DNA from: Antedon mediterranea
Taxonomy: Eukaryota > Animalia > Echinodermata
NCBI RefSeq assembly: GCF_964355755.1
Contig: NC_092674.1
Span: 19,468,001 to 19,532,000 of the forward strand
Direction of reading: 5' to 3'
DNA: 64,000 bases
Positions 39,046-52,866 of this stretch are shown here, in pieces (position 1 is the first letter of the stretch; each line of letters starts with the position of its first letter). The position numbers and the translations under genes were made by a program. The notes beneath the pieces are model-generated. The model was not told the origin of the DNA. It ran no database searches and was given only the letters and a program-made list of their open reading frames with translations.

Positions 39046-42000
39046 TCATGTCATCTCAAAGAACATAAAATCCTAAAAATAAAAATTACTGGAAAAATTA
39101 CGGTCATAATAACAATTTTATTAACATTTTTTGGTTGGTCACTATCAAAACTATGATATTGTAAGTTGGCCTTAAAGATGTAGAGTATTGTCTTTAAAAA
39201 ACATAAACAATGAAGATTAATAAGATCTTTGAACTTTAAAAACTTTGAATATGCCATTTTGAAATTTTAATATAATTAACTTCAGTAGAGGAAAAAAGCA
39301 CGAAAAAAAAGTTTTCACTTTCCTCTCAGATAGGTGGTTAATCCTCTGAGACCGGGGGGAGGGGGGTTTTTTTGTGAGCCATGATGAGCTGGGTTCTTTA
39401 AAGTGAACACAAACTATGTAGGCCTACACTGGATCCTTATCACCACCAGAACTAGGGCGAGTTGGCCTCGAACCCATGCCGAAATTATTGCCTCTTTAGG
39501 TTCGGTAAACGTCGTCCCTGCCTTAACCTCTCCGCCATAAAATTGCCAATTCCCAACGCATGCGCAAAATCAATTAATATTTATTTATTATTTATTTTAT
39601 TTTATGTCTTTAGGCACTGTGGCCAAGGATTACCAATAGTGAATTAATCACTGTCCTATCAGATAGGTGGTAATCCCCCTGATACAGAGGCTATTGTGTG
39701 AACCAGTTCACCGGGGTAACCCCCTACTCTTTTTCGAATAATGAACTGGGTTCTTTAAAGTACACACAGGTTATAACTGTGTACACTGGACCTACGGTTT
39801 ATAGTCCTTATCCGAGAAGACTTGTTCCACCACCAGAACTAGGAGCGAGTCGGCCTCGAACCCTTGCATTGTATGTCTTAGATCGTCGCAAATCGAAAAG
39901 GCATTAAGACGGTGACGGTAAAGCTGTACATACCATGAGGAATCCTGCTCCAATAAGTAACGTCTTTTCTATGACGTCGAGACTCGATGGAACTATAAAA
40001 CAAAAATTAATGGAAACAAATGAAAATTGGTAGTCAGCTACACTATTGTCAACAACATCACTAGGATGATTCGGATTCGTGTAGCAAATTCGAGATTACA
40101 GCTTAAATATAATACTGTATTCTACAATTTATATAATTATATCTACACAATAAATCAAAATGCATGACTGACTGTTCGTTAGGTATTTACAATTTATTAC
40201 AAACTGTTCGTGATCTACATTCAGTGTGTCTTTTTTGCCTCTCCATTGTTTTCTTATAGTTCCTTCGTTCTCAGTTCCCAAAGCAATCACCTTCATAAAC
40301 AACAAAACAAAACCTTATTGTATAGGTAGATATGACCTCAATTAATGTGAACTGTTCTATCGATACAAGAACAGTAGAAAAAGTAGTTTGTCATAGTAAT
40401 GTATACCTATTTTCTTATAATATCGATGAATTACAGAAAAATACGGTAGTAGTTCTTTCTAGGGATATGGGACTTCGTTGTTTGCGGGAGATGTAAACCA
40501 TAAATTGATTAGTTTCACTATCCAATCCGTTGTGTACGGTACCTTAAATTCCATATCACGAAAACATCGACAGGGACAACAAGACGTGACAATCTCCAAC
40601 ACTGGCTTTCCTTCAGCCGATTCCACAATAACCTTTGCGCCAAATATTTTCCACCTATTGCAACGTAAACAGAAATAAGTTTTTTCTTCACGAACTCAGA
40701 TTATATTTATATTATATAAAGATGATAATGATGTTGATATTCATGATGTTCCTTATCTAGATTTTAATACTGATCATAACATTGTATATCATGATGTTCG
40801 TTATATTGATGTTGATTATTCGAAAATACTCTAATTAAGAATAATAATCTAAGTAATGTTAATGCGGTCATGATGTTGTTGGTTATGTCAAGCAGAAAAA
40901 GTCTACAGTCGTTACAAATTAATCTTACTTTTGTTTAACGTAACCAAGAACTTCACCGTCTGGCGTCTGGACCATAAGGCGCATCATACAACAAGGGCAG
41001 CAGCATCCATCACAACGAACCGGTCGTACGAACCGCGCTATCTCCTGACCACTCTTGTTTTGCAAATACATATTAAATGACCGCGCTGGTCCGCAAACAC
41101 ATCTGCAGCAACATGATGTTTCTATCGTAAAGTTAAAACTAAAATTGTTATACAGCTTCGCGTCAGATTGGATTTAAATGACTTTTAAATAGGCCGACTT
41201 CTTTATCATTAATAATAAAACATTACCTTCTGTGGCAAAGAATATTTGTTTTTTTGTGTCATTCATGATTCTGTATTCATTGTCCTGGTTACACCCGGAG
41301 CCTAAAACAAAACAATTGTCATTAATATTACGATAACAAAAATACTGCTTGTTTGTGATTAGTTTAAATTCTATTTTTAGATTTAAAATAAAATGTCGTA
41401 CGAGAGTTGGGGTTTCGGTGCAATTGAGACCCGTGCCATTTATTGTCCTTTTTTTCGAAAATTAAGCCAAACATTTAAAATATTGATTGGTTCTTATGAA
41501 ATAAAACATTCGAAACTGTAATCTACACGACGGTATGTAAGAGTTATGTATGTTTTCATAGTGTTGCTTATACAGTAGGCCACGGTTCATTATTTGTTTT
41601 GGACACGTTGAAGTGGACCATGATGCAAAAGTGAGGTTTCAATAAAATTACATATATATACTTTCTACTTAATGATGACAGTTATAATCTTTATTTATTT
41701 GCATCAATTTGAAATCAAACTTCCTCTTATGATGAAAACTACTTGTTGATTATGTTTAGATAGTTTGTTTTCTACAATGATGTTACTTGCTACATTATCA
41801 AACCCCTTTAAAGAAACAACCCTATGTATTAACGTGTTACAGACGCTATTTGTATATACTGTACGTATACCATTGTCCTAAAAATAATAGTTATTTTATA
41901 CTACTTGTGCAGAAAACATTCGATATATAATAAAAAAAAGCTTTCGTTTCCGGCAAACAGCCAAATAGGCCCTACTTCATACTACGACACACTGAAGGCC

Positions 42001-43240
42001 ATCTATCAACCCCAATTTACTTACTGTGCCCATTCTAATATTAGCAACCTATTGTAGTCACCGTCTTTGCTTCTATTTGATTACGTGTTACGGTTTGTTT
42101 ACTATCAATATGGTTGAATGGAATTGAATGAAATGTTTTCGTATCGTAGGTAAAGGAATGCCAGTATACCGATAATCCTCCATGAATGTCAGACCAAATA
42201 CATAGGCCTACTTAAATGCCCATGAGAAAATTTATAACGTCAATTTCGAAACTTGATATGCATATTATTGTTTTTAAATTTGCGCCATACATGCTTAAGA
42301 TAAAATATCATTCGCTTCTAATAATATCTATGATTATATACACCCTGTATCACAATTTGTGAACGTATTAACTATTGATGATTCTACTATATTACAGTGC
42401 CTACCATTCAAGGTGTGTAAGGAGACTTGGATGGGTTTCATCCCCTTTTTTCCCCTATGCCTTGCTGGCACTCGCGTATAACGCTTTTGTTTGTATTTAA
42501 GTGTTCTTCCTGTTTGTGGTATCGAAATAAATACATTTATAAATAAATGTATAATTTTATTTTAAAGATGAATTGTCTCCACAAAATTAAAATTAAATAA
42601 ATCAAACCTTGAATAGGCCATTTTGCAGTTTTACAAAAATAATGATTTTCCACTTTTCCACAAATAGACAAATCTAACCAAAAAACCCATTGTCTGACAT
42701 ATCCAATGTTTGGTCAAATTGAATAACTATTATGTGACATTAATATGATATATTATAAAAATTGCTTTAATTAATTTTTTTTTCAGGGGAACGATATCTT
42801 TAAAGCTTTAAATAAATACTGTAGGCCTAGTATTTTAAAACTTAAAAACCAAAATTGTTATAAGGAAATAATCCACTTAAAGATTTAGTGGTCATAAATT
42901 ACGGAATAAAACAATTTGAACTGCAAAATTTCTCTAAAAATAATGTAGGCCTACAAACACTAATGAAGATTGAAAAATAACAATAATAATGAATGAATAA
43001 CAGCAATTTATGATTAATGACATGATTAATATTGACAACATAATAATTGTAATCATTTAAGCTCAACTTACCAATAGTGTCTATTGTTTGACGTATAATC
43101 ACCATATTCACATCTGAAAGTACCATTAGTTCTGATGGTATCCCCTCCTTGGTTCTTTCAACAGGCGATCTGACCCATGTTAGTTCGAAAGACGATGCAG
43201 TTTTTGAACGTGGTTGCTTGGTAACAGGACGAGAAGTCAT
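39046..43240 (-). CDS. Phospholipid scramblase (PLSCR family, ~244 aa); exons 43240-43072, 41301-41227, 41121-40929, 40654-40543, 40290-40191, 39992-39934, 39072-39046
   Basis: NEYRIMNDTKKQIFFATE, CCCRCVCGPARSF, RPVRCDGCCCPCC, LGYVKQKW, GTIRKQW and FPSSLDVIEKTLLIGAGFLMDFMFFE are PLSCR motifs. All introns are GT-AG and in phase. Largely missed by the ORF track. Confidence 0.93.
39580..39863 (-). mobile_element. SINE fragment (Nin-domain-like) with (TTTA)n tail; second partial copy 39315-39475
   Basis: GGGTTCTTTAAAGT...GACCTACGGTTTATAGTCCTTATCCGAGAAGAC core and a B-box-like GGTTCGAGGCC on the minus strand. Duplicated locally. Confidence 0.55.
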
Positions 43241-43872
43241 ATTTGTTGCTTTTTTGAGAAATGGTATTTAATTTGAAATTATCAAATTGAACATTATGTG
43301 AAGCATTTTAGCTGTTCCGTCTTATCTTTGCTATCTCCTTGTCTTTGTGATAAGAATCAGCAACTTGAGGGTGCTATACACATCATCATGTTCTTTTTCT
43401 TTACCATACCAAGGTCGCGGTAGTATTCGTAATATCGGCGACATTATACAAATAATTGATGTTTATGAATGTAATAGTACATATAATGGCATGAGGTAAA
43501 TGATGAAAGGTTATATATCAATGAGGCGAAGCCGAGTTGATATATAGCCTTTCACCATTCACCAAGTGCTATTACTTGTACCATTAGGCTACACGAATAT
43601 AAAAGAAAAACATTCATTATTTGTTTTATATAACATTTACATAGATTCCTGTCATTTGAAACAAATAAAAGGTAGGGACTAGCCAAGGCCTACATTTGAT
43701 TCACATTGATTAAAACAGTAACAGTTGGTTTTTAATAATATTATATTAAATATATGGATTTTATCAACACACCTACTGTAGTAGTAGACCTTTTAATCCT
43801 AGGCCTAGCAAGGCTAAAAAGCCTAAGCCTAGCCTAATACTAACAAAAAGCCTAGGCCTAGCCCTAGGCTAG

Positions 43873-44443
43873 TGTAATATAGTGTTGTGTTGTTGAGGTA
43901 CTGACTTGTAATGAAGACTCTACTCGCTTGACTGTCGTAACACATATATTGTTTATTCAGTATAATACTTGATACGATAATAATGATACAGCTAACTAAC
44001 TGACTAAGGAACAGAGGATACAGTGATGCTGTCGGTGAGGTGTGAAGTGTGTAGGTCTGCTTCTGAAGAAGTGGCTGTGAGGTGTGTGCTCCGTGAGGTG
44101 GCTGTAAGGTGTGTGTTCCGTGAGGTGGCTGTAAGGTGTGTCTTGGTCCTAAGTTGGTCCAGGGGTGTTTGAGTAGAAGTGATTAACTGTATAATAAGGT
44201 ATTTCAATGATGGATAACACTGTCAAATCTGTACTTAAATAGTGTCAATCTCTCCTGGTTTAACGATGGGAAAAGTTACAAAATTAAGCTAAGTGTTTTC
44301 TTTAGGGATTCTATTATAAAAAATGGTCATTAAAACATCTGGACAAACTCTCCTCTGGACTTTCTGGGCCAAGTTCGTGAACTTATTTGAATTCTGATAC
44401 AAAGGTTGATTTCTTAATTATAAAAGTATATCATTATATTACA
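43873..44443 (-). mobile_element. Solo LTR (571 bp)
   Basis: TGTAATATA...TATATTACA ends, 4-bp TSD CTAG, AATAAA on the minus strand (~43952) and an internal 27-bp tandem repeat. Confidence 0.75.
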
Positions 44444-45911
44444 CTAGCTAGGCTGAGGCAGCAATACCATACGAAACTTCGACAGGCAACTGGAACTCAT
44501 CTAGGCTAATTATGTTTTTCCAACGATTCCACGTCTTGTAGAGATGTTTCCATTAATTAATCAAAATCTTACAAACGATCTAAAGCTAATTTAAATGCCT
44601 TTTGATCTAAATTAGTACATATATATCTCTTTAAAATTATACTTCCATCGCGAAACCAGTTATAACATTCATTCGAGGCAAAAGTACAACTAGGTGGCGC
44701 TGTTGTATTTCAAAAGCAATAGTAAAAAAAAAAGTTTTATATTTTTTTTTTTCGTACACAAAAAAGTACTATTAAACGATTGTTTTATAGTGCGTACTAT
44801 TGCACGCCATGTGACCCACAATCGTCCAATCAAATGACAGGAATTTATTTAGGTGTTATATAACAATAAATATTGGACGGTTTGAAGTTTAGATCTGTAG
44901 CTAGCTAAATGTATATCTATCAATTTAATATTCATACATTTCTATTTGAATATACACTACTTCAATAAATGCCGTTTCATACAAAATAATAAATGGAAAC
45001 AATAACTAAACTATTGATACACATAGGTATATGTTTATATACATGATATAATTCATAGACTTGATTTACTTTCAACATCATTATTTATTCTCCTACTAGT
45101 GCCACATTCAGTTTGTTTTGTTTCGGATATTGACACAATGTTTAAAAAAAAATCAACATTACACTGTGAATAAGATTCCATAATCACATTAACCCTAAAG
45201 CTAGCTAAAATCAGAGGTTTTTGTTTTGTTCTTGTATATAGACTATAAACTTGTGGTTTATTTACTCAATTTATTCCTTCATCATTGTTATTAGTATTTG
45301 TAGTTGCTGCTGAAACCATACTACAGAATCTTATTTATTTTAGTTTATGTAACCGCTGCATCGGTTTTATATCAATATATGTAACTCGGTTACATGATAT
45401 TAAATGTTTTTGAAGATTAACGAAATTCTTCAAAACCACTTTAATGAATGGAAAAATTCCACAGATTACAGTAAAATATAAATAATACTAAATTATTAAT
45501 ACTAATTATAATAATACTAATTAATAAAATTCTGGTTGTAAATATAAAATTGTTTAATGACATAGCATACTATGTTTTGCCACAGTTTTGGTAACGTTTT
45601 CTAGGAATTCACTCGTTGGTTTCAAAACCTGGTATATGTACCATTTAAAATTCGCACGGTACGGACAACATAGTGGGTGCAAATTTCATTAAAAAAATGA
45701 AGGTACGAGGTTTTGATCTATACTCTATAGTAGGTAAGTACTAAAAGCATTGAATAATTACAGTAATTTTTGGACCAGTTACATCAATTTCATTATTAAC
45801 TGTGTACAACCTGGCAATATAATAATACATTTTTTACAAAGCTCATTTACCACTACAAATCACTATACAAATAATGTACACAAAATGGCATGTCTTTTGC
45901 AATATACATCT

Positions 45912-48900
45912 TTATTTAATAAGGTTTTTCCATCGAAAAATGCTGGACTTAGATTGTTTCAATGTTCCATTCATTGCTCCAACTCCCTGTTCATAAACTG
46001 CTGCAAGTTTTTTTTCATCTTTTTCTTTCACGTCAAGTCCGAGGCTATCGATTGTCATATAAACATCTGATCCACGTCTACTTCCTCTACGAGTTCCAAC
46101 ATAACACTCTATATCAAATCTATCAACATCTTGTGAATGGTTTTTAGGCACCATAGAATTGACTGTGTTTGACCTTTGACGGTGTGGAAGTTTGATACTA
46201 TTCATTGTGATATATCCACCACCACTATTAGGCCGCTGTATTGGTGGTCGAGGTGAACTAGGTACTGGTGGTGGTGGAGGATCTCTTCTAGGAACATAGT
46301 CTGGTTCTTCATTTGGAGGAGCATATTTTGAATCTTCAACTGGATCATCCATAGTGAATGTGTAAGGTGACTTCTTGATTGGCTTTCCCTGGATATTAAT
46401 GCTCATTGTGTATTTTCCTTTAACACTTGGAATGAAATGTGTAACGTAAGAACCTGTGTTTAAATCTTCTAATCGTGGTTTGAAAATCTGACAATTTGGA
46501 TCTTTTATTTCAATGCTGAATGAGTCGCCACCCTGCTTACATGGCTGTTGGTTTTTCGTATAAGCATCGATAACAATATCTAATCCAGATCCCTTTTCTC
46601 GAATTCTAAATGTTGTTTCTGAAGCCACGGTTTTAGTTTCCTTAGACCTGACTTCACCCAACTTGTCTACTGCCATCGGAATCTTGTTGAACATTTCATC
46701 AACGCGTTTGAACTGCAATGGGCCGTTTATATCTGTGAATTCTCCAAATCCAAATGAAATTGTACCATTTACGTCAGGTTTTTCTCTTAATCTGGTTGAA
46801 ATATAGTCTTTTGATCTTGTTTTCAGACTCTCGGCTATTCCCATAATATCACGGTCATTGCTGAACATACTGGTTGCGCTCAGAACCTGTGTCATTGGTA
46901 TTATATCATTGAGTTCGGCTTCAGTGTTTTCCTCTTCTGCATTCAGTTTTGTTGATTTTTCATGAGTAATTTTGGAAACTTCACTCAACAATGTTTTTTT
47001 ACGTATATCAAGACTTTCTTTGAGTTTATCAAAGAAAATATTGACATTTTGTGCTGTAGCCTTCGAAGACTCATATAGACGTTCTTTTTCAAGTCTAACA
47101 TGTTCCATTCTTCTTTGCAAAATTCCTATACTTGTTTCCGCGTCTTGAACCTTTTCACGAATACGCCGGCGAATTGCATCAGCTTCATCCTTTAAAGACA
47201 CTAAATTGTGTCCTGAATGATCACATCTTGGACAACATGAAGCTAAACAATCATCACAAAATCTCATAACATCTTCGCCATGCTTCTGACAAGGCTTATC
47301 ATCAGAGTATCTCACATACGGTAAGATATGATCGTCTCGTATGTTTTGCAATGATATAAACATCTTTACTCCATTTTTGTTAAAGTTGTTGTAAATATGA
47401 ACACATTCATTGCAAAAAAACAAAGGCATATTCCGGCCTGTACACAAATGCGTTGCTTGATTCCCATCGGAACAATTTTGACATTCTTTTACTTTTCTTT
47501 GATGAATTTGTTGCTTAATGTTTTCAAATTGTTCAATGTTCTGGAGAAAGTTGATGCTTGGCAGATCGTTGATTGTTGAATCGCTTTGAATGTAAGACGA
47601 TGCTTTACATATTGGACATCTTGGGTTGTCGGAAATTATCTTTGTAATGCATTCACCACAAAACGCATGAAGGCATTTAAGAAATGTTGGCAACTGAAAA
47701 TAAAAAAGGTAATGTTGGTATAAAATACTATTATAACTTTCAGTAACAATTCAACAAATATAAACAGCAAATAATAATATAAACAACAATAGACTAATAT
47801 AAATCACTCGGAGGTAATAGTACAATCTCTGTCATAAAGTTAATAGGGTCTACTGATAATATGAAAAAGAAAAGGAACCACAGCGCGGATCATAATTATG
47901 GTCCATTGTTTCTTGACGGAGAATGTCTATAAAAAGAATTTTTTATTAACAGTGCATAATTCTGTTTTAAAATTGGATAAAATAGCTATAAAAAATAAAA
48001 CTATCCTATTAAAATTAAATATCGTACCATGCATTAAGAAAACAGACATGAATACAAAACATCAAAACATGCACTTATTAAATATCTTAAAATACTGGGG
48101 TACCAAATTTCAACAAGGAACCAAAACAAGGCCCATTGAATAAGGAAAAAAGGCTAATGGTGCCTATTAATTATATCAACCATGGTGGGAACTGATGACG
48201 ACCTAAGTCTGCTGGTTTTACAATGAGATAATTCGAGAAATCGGTTGACTCTGAGAGACCGAGCTGGCTTATGAAGAGGGGGAAGTATTTCTTCAAACAG
48301 CTCGAATTTTAATAAGCCTTCCCCGAAAGACAACACCAGATTGTTTCTTCTCTCTACAAGAGTAGGTAATCCAGTGACAGACAATGTATGCTCATAGTTC
48401 AAATAGTTGTTCCCTAGCATGATTCGTAATGTTCTCTTTTGTACCTTTTCAATAGACTTCGACATATACAGGGGCAGCATATTCTAATAAAGGTCTTATA
48501 TAAGCAATATAAACAGTCAACAAATCATTAATTAAGTTTACAGCTTTCTTTAAAATGCACAAGAAAAATAAACGTCTAGAGGCTCTAGACACAATATTAT
48601 TAGTGTTAAGTTCCCATTTCAGGTCATTTTGAATGATAACACCAAGAAGCGTCATGTGATTGTCAACCAAGATATGGCATTTAGAGGGTTTGGGTATCAT
48701 ATTATTGGATGAACACCAAACACTCAGACCATCTAACAGGAATTTCATGGAAGGCAAATCACCTTTGCGAACGACCTCCCCAAAGGTGAGGTCATCCACA
48801 TATTTCCATCTTCTTCCACAATAAACAAAAAAATCGTTAATAAGTACTAGGCCAAGCAGTGTCCTCTGTGGGACACTACAAGTCAGTGACTTGGAAGATG

Positions 48901-50023
48901 ACAAAATCCCAGCAAACTTGGTGTTGAGATAACGACAAGTGATGGGAATTATGGACGACCTCACACCCAGCTCAATCAACTTCCTAATAATAACATTATG
49001 ACCAACACGATCAAAAGCCTATTAGTAAAGTCAATGGCACATAGATTCACATAACATTTACCCTTCTCAACATCAATAAGACTAACTAGTGAGTTGAGGA
49101 AGCCTTTTTCCTACCACCAAATTGACGAGAATCTAATTTACCCTTCCCTTAATATCTTCCAGAATCCACTTAACAATAAAATATTCAAATACCCTGGCAA
49201 GAATATAGGTAAGGGAAATAGGTCTAAGGTCAGGGACAGAACTAGCATTCATCGTTTTAGGAATGGGAACTGCAGTAGCCCTTTTCCAAAGGTCGGGGAA
49301 AACACCATCTTTTAATGCATGATTGAAGATATCAAGTTCTGGAGCAAAATCTCTATATAATTTAATTGGGGGTTTATCTGGATGGCCAGCTTTGTTAGGC
49401 TTAAGATTACAAAGGGTTTTTAGGACCTGACCGGCATAGATTAAAGGTGGTGGCCCAGAGGCTGAGAGATAAGCAGGCAAATCATTTAAATATAGGTGCT
49501 GTGGCCGTCAGCCGCAAGATCGTAGGCCTGCTAGAATCGGCTAATAAGACTAGTAGATAAGATGATCAACGTTTGTTACATTTTGGGTATATAACTAGTT
49601 ACATGGTATTTCCTTTGCCATGTTCTTAAACCTGGTTATAACAATTTCCTTCTAATGAGCAACCTAATGTAATTGAAATTGAGTTATTTTCAGCTTAGGA
49701 ATGGTAGAATTGATTGCAATTGAGGCCAATTTACCCGACTCTATTTTTGCGGGATTCAGGTGTTTTATTTCAATTTCAACTATTCAGTAATACATGAAAA
49801 CATACTATACGCAAATTCCTTAATAAAATAATTAATTCATTTACATTCTTTAACACCGAATTTAAAAAAAAACATAACTAAATCAATAATAAGAGAACAT
49901 ATCACTGTAAACAAGTATGAACATAAGCAATGCTCGTACAATTACCTTGTCTTTACTGTTCTTTAACGCAACACGACATTGTCCGCACTGAAGTATTTCC
50001 GCCTTCATTCGAAGTCCTTGCAT
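45912..50023 (-). CDS. TRIM protein (RING - B-box x2 - coiled coil - filamin Ig, no NHL; ~619 aa); exons 50023-49946 and 47693-45912
   Basis: Exon 1 MQGLRMKAEILQCGQCRVALKNSKDK supplies the first RING CxxC and splices in phase 0 to LPTFLKCLHAFCGECI...CPIC. B-boxes CQNC..C..FC..C..H and CQKH...FCDDC. Filamin repeat GGD...DLNTGSY...GKPIKKSPY. Confidence 0.92.
48154..49490 (-). pseudogene. Degenerate CR1-group (L2/Crack/Daphne-like) LINE reverse transcriptase in the TRIM intron
   Basis: LRPISLT, AFDRVGH, VPQRTLLG, KYVDD, YIRPLLEYAAP and IEKVQKRTLRI across frameshifts. Confidence 0.9.
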
Positions 50024-52866
50024 TTTTACCTTCTATATAGTCCTACCCTATGTTTTACTTAATGTAACGTATAACAAACTATGCGTTAACGCTATTCTTC
50101 AAAAAATTATAGCTTCCTCGAGTGTATGTGCAACTTATTACCTTTTTAAAAGTACAAATATCAACTGTGTATTTTATCTGGTTATAAAATCTATGTTAGT
50201 AGTTGAGTTTCAGAATTGTATTTGTTTGTATCGTGAAATTACAATAGTTATTCAAGTAAACTACGCCTGATTGACTAAATTTAAAATGGTTTAGTATAAA
50301 GTAAATACCACACAACTGCTAAGGAGGAAGTATATACAATACGTACTTTCTGTTAACGTATTTGCCTAGCGGTATCCATTGAAAATTAATGATGCTATAT
50401 TTTATGACTAGACTTTTAAATCACATGGCCGTTAATCTTTAACATAAAGCAACATTCATTATTAGAAGCGGCACTATATATCTGCCTGACCGAAGAGCCA
50501 TATATGTCAGAGGGAGAAAATTAAAAGAGTTCTCATAACTAGCGTCAGTGAAAAACAAAACAACAGCTCATCTCTGGGTCCACAGCATTGAAACTAAATA
50601 TGATGTTATTAGGTAAATTACCCTAACGAAATATATTTCCAGGGAGTAGATGAAAGAATCCCTTTAATTTGAAACAGGGGTTGGATCATATCCAAGAAAT
50701 TAATTGAGTCATGTGATTTGTCAATTTTACACTCCGGTCACATGACTCAATTCCCAGTAAATCTGACATTCACCAGGCTATGACGAGGATCGAAAATGTC
50801 ACGTAAGTGGGATTTCGCTGTAGTGTAATATAGTCATTACATTACACAGTGTGATTCTGGTGTATTTTTATGTTTTCTTGTGAAAGCATGTTCAATAGAA
50901 CATGAACCCATTCAGCCATTAAGGCCTTGCTACTACTATTAACAGTTGATAAGCGCATCTGTCTACGTGACAACATTTGACTAGAAATATCAATACAAAA
51001 ATATAATCTTAGGATAAACTGTTCCCCTGAATTGGATTAGCGTATTTCCTCGATAACCAAAAATACTAAAATTGTCTTTCAGACAATGTTTTAATTTTTA
51101 AGTGAAATCATTATTTGTGTGTTTTCTCCCTTTTTTCTACAGAAGTGAAACTGTACAATCCCCTAGTATTCAAAGTTTGATTTTATTAAACTTTATTTTC
51201 AAGTTTTGAGGGACAGATCTTTAATGTTAATGTTTTTTATAAGAAAGCAATTAACATTCAATATGTTAATTTGTTTTAATGCAAAAGCAGCACAATTGTT
51301 GTATTCATCATGCAGTGATTAGGATACTCGTGTGTATACTAGGGCATATTTAATTCAATGGCTAGATGGTCGTGCCCACAGATGGTTCTCGAATACAGAG
51401 TAATTTCAGCGTAAACAAAAATGATTTTTTTTTAAATATGCGTACTGTAGAAGTGGACTATAATAGTTAGTGTCGTTTACAGAAACGAATAAATAGACAC
51501 GATGATTTATGTAGTCAACTAAAATTAGCACCTGGGAATTACTTGCGAAAGTTGTTACAAGATGAGTCCAAATTTGTGATTTGTGTTTGTACGTAACATT
51601 AGGGTTGAGGGATGGGGAAGAGGATGGGTACAAAGAAGAACAATTTTTAAATATATTCTTTATCTACTCAGTAACATTTTTTTTTATGGGCCTATAAATA
51701 ATAAACCACCAATAAGCTACCGTAACATATTTGCGATGTAATATTGTATTAAAACTGTCACTGTCATAGTCGATTGAAATAGCATAGTACATGTACAACG
51801 TTTATATTTTTGTAATTATTAATTAACACAAATGTTGAGAAGCAACTGTTAGTAATAAAGTTTATTTGTATATTGTGCGTTTATATATCTAACAGTAGGG
51901 CCTACACACAGTAATACATTTATTTATACATGTGTTTTATATCTAACAGTAGCCTACCCACACTCACAGTGAAAAAATTGCGATTCAAATTGCGACCAAA
52001 AATGGTTAATACGTATTTACAGTAATGTCCAAGTATCACAATACTATATCTATATATGTTTTAGGTTAATTCACCAAGGGCCAATACATTTACCTACAGC
52101 TACAGCGTTAAACCAAATAGTTGTATTGGAATGTTCCATTCAACGTATATTAAATCTATCAAAGTAAAATCGGCCTGTCTTCAACATTATGATGCTGTGT
52201 TACAACTGCTAATGTAGAAACCTCCAGCTTATGTAGAAACACCAACAGCGTATGTAGTAAATAAAAATCAACACCAGCTAATGTAGAAACAGTCAACAGC
52301 TTATGTAGTAACGAAAATTGCCTCCCAGCTTATGTAGTTACTATCGCCAGCTAATGTAGAAAATATTATTTTGCTACTCGGAGACAGCAGCAATTAACAC
52401 ACTCATAGAATACCAAATAAAGATGCATACGACATAAGTTCTGGCTTAAATAGTTTATTAGTAAATGAACATTCACCCATGTAAAAACTGCACATAAAAG
52501 TCATAAGCAAATATAAGTTATATAGCAATAATTTTCCAATTCTAAGTAAGCACAACAGGGATTCTCAGAGAAAAATAGGCCTTATTAAGTGTCTAAATAT
52601 TGGGCGGGAGGGAGGGAAAATTGTCTTCAACTTAATGTGATCGTGTTAACAGAGAGGGTGCTTGATTAAAGAGGTCGAAAAAACCCACCCTCTCCGTTCT
52701 CAAAATAGAATTGTGTTCTCAACCCAATTCTTGATTTTTGCTACTCGGAGACAGCGGCAATTAACAAACTCATAGAATACCAAATAAAGATGCATACGAC
52801 ATAAGTTCTGGCTTAAATAGTTTATTAGTAAATGAACATTCGCCCATGTAAAACTGCACATAAAAG

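Noticed and set aside
44004-44207. THLTATSR repeat ORF
   Set aside because: It is a 27-bp tandem repeat inside the solo LTR.
51120-51180. Strong acceptor-like tract followed by a short open stretch
   Set aside because: No partner exon or recognisable peptide was found, so a gene cannot be supported.
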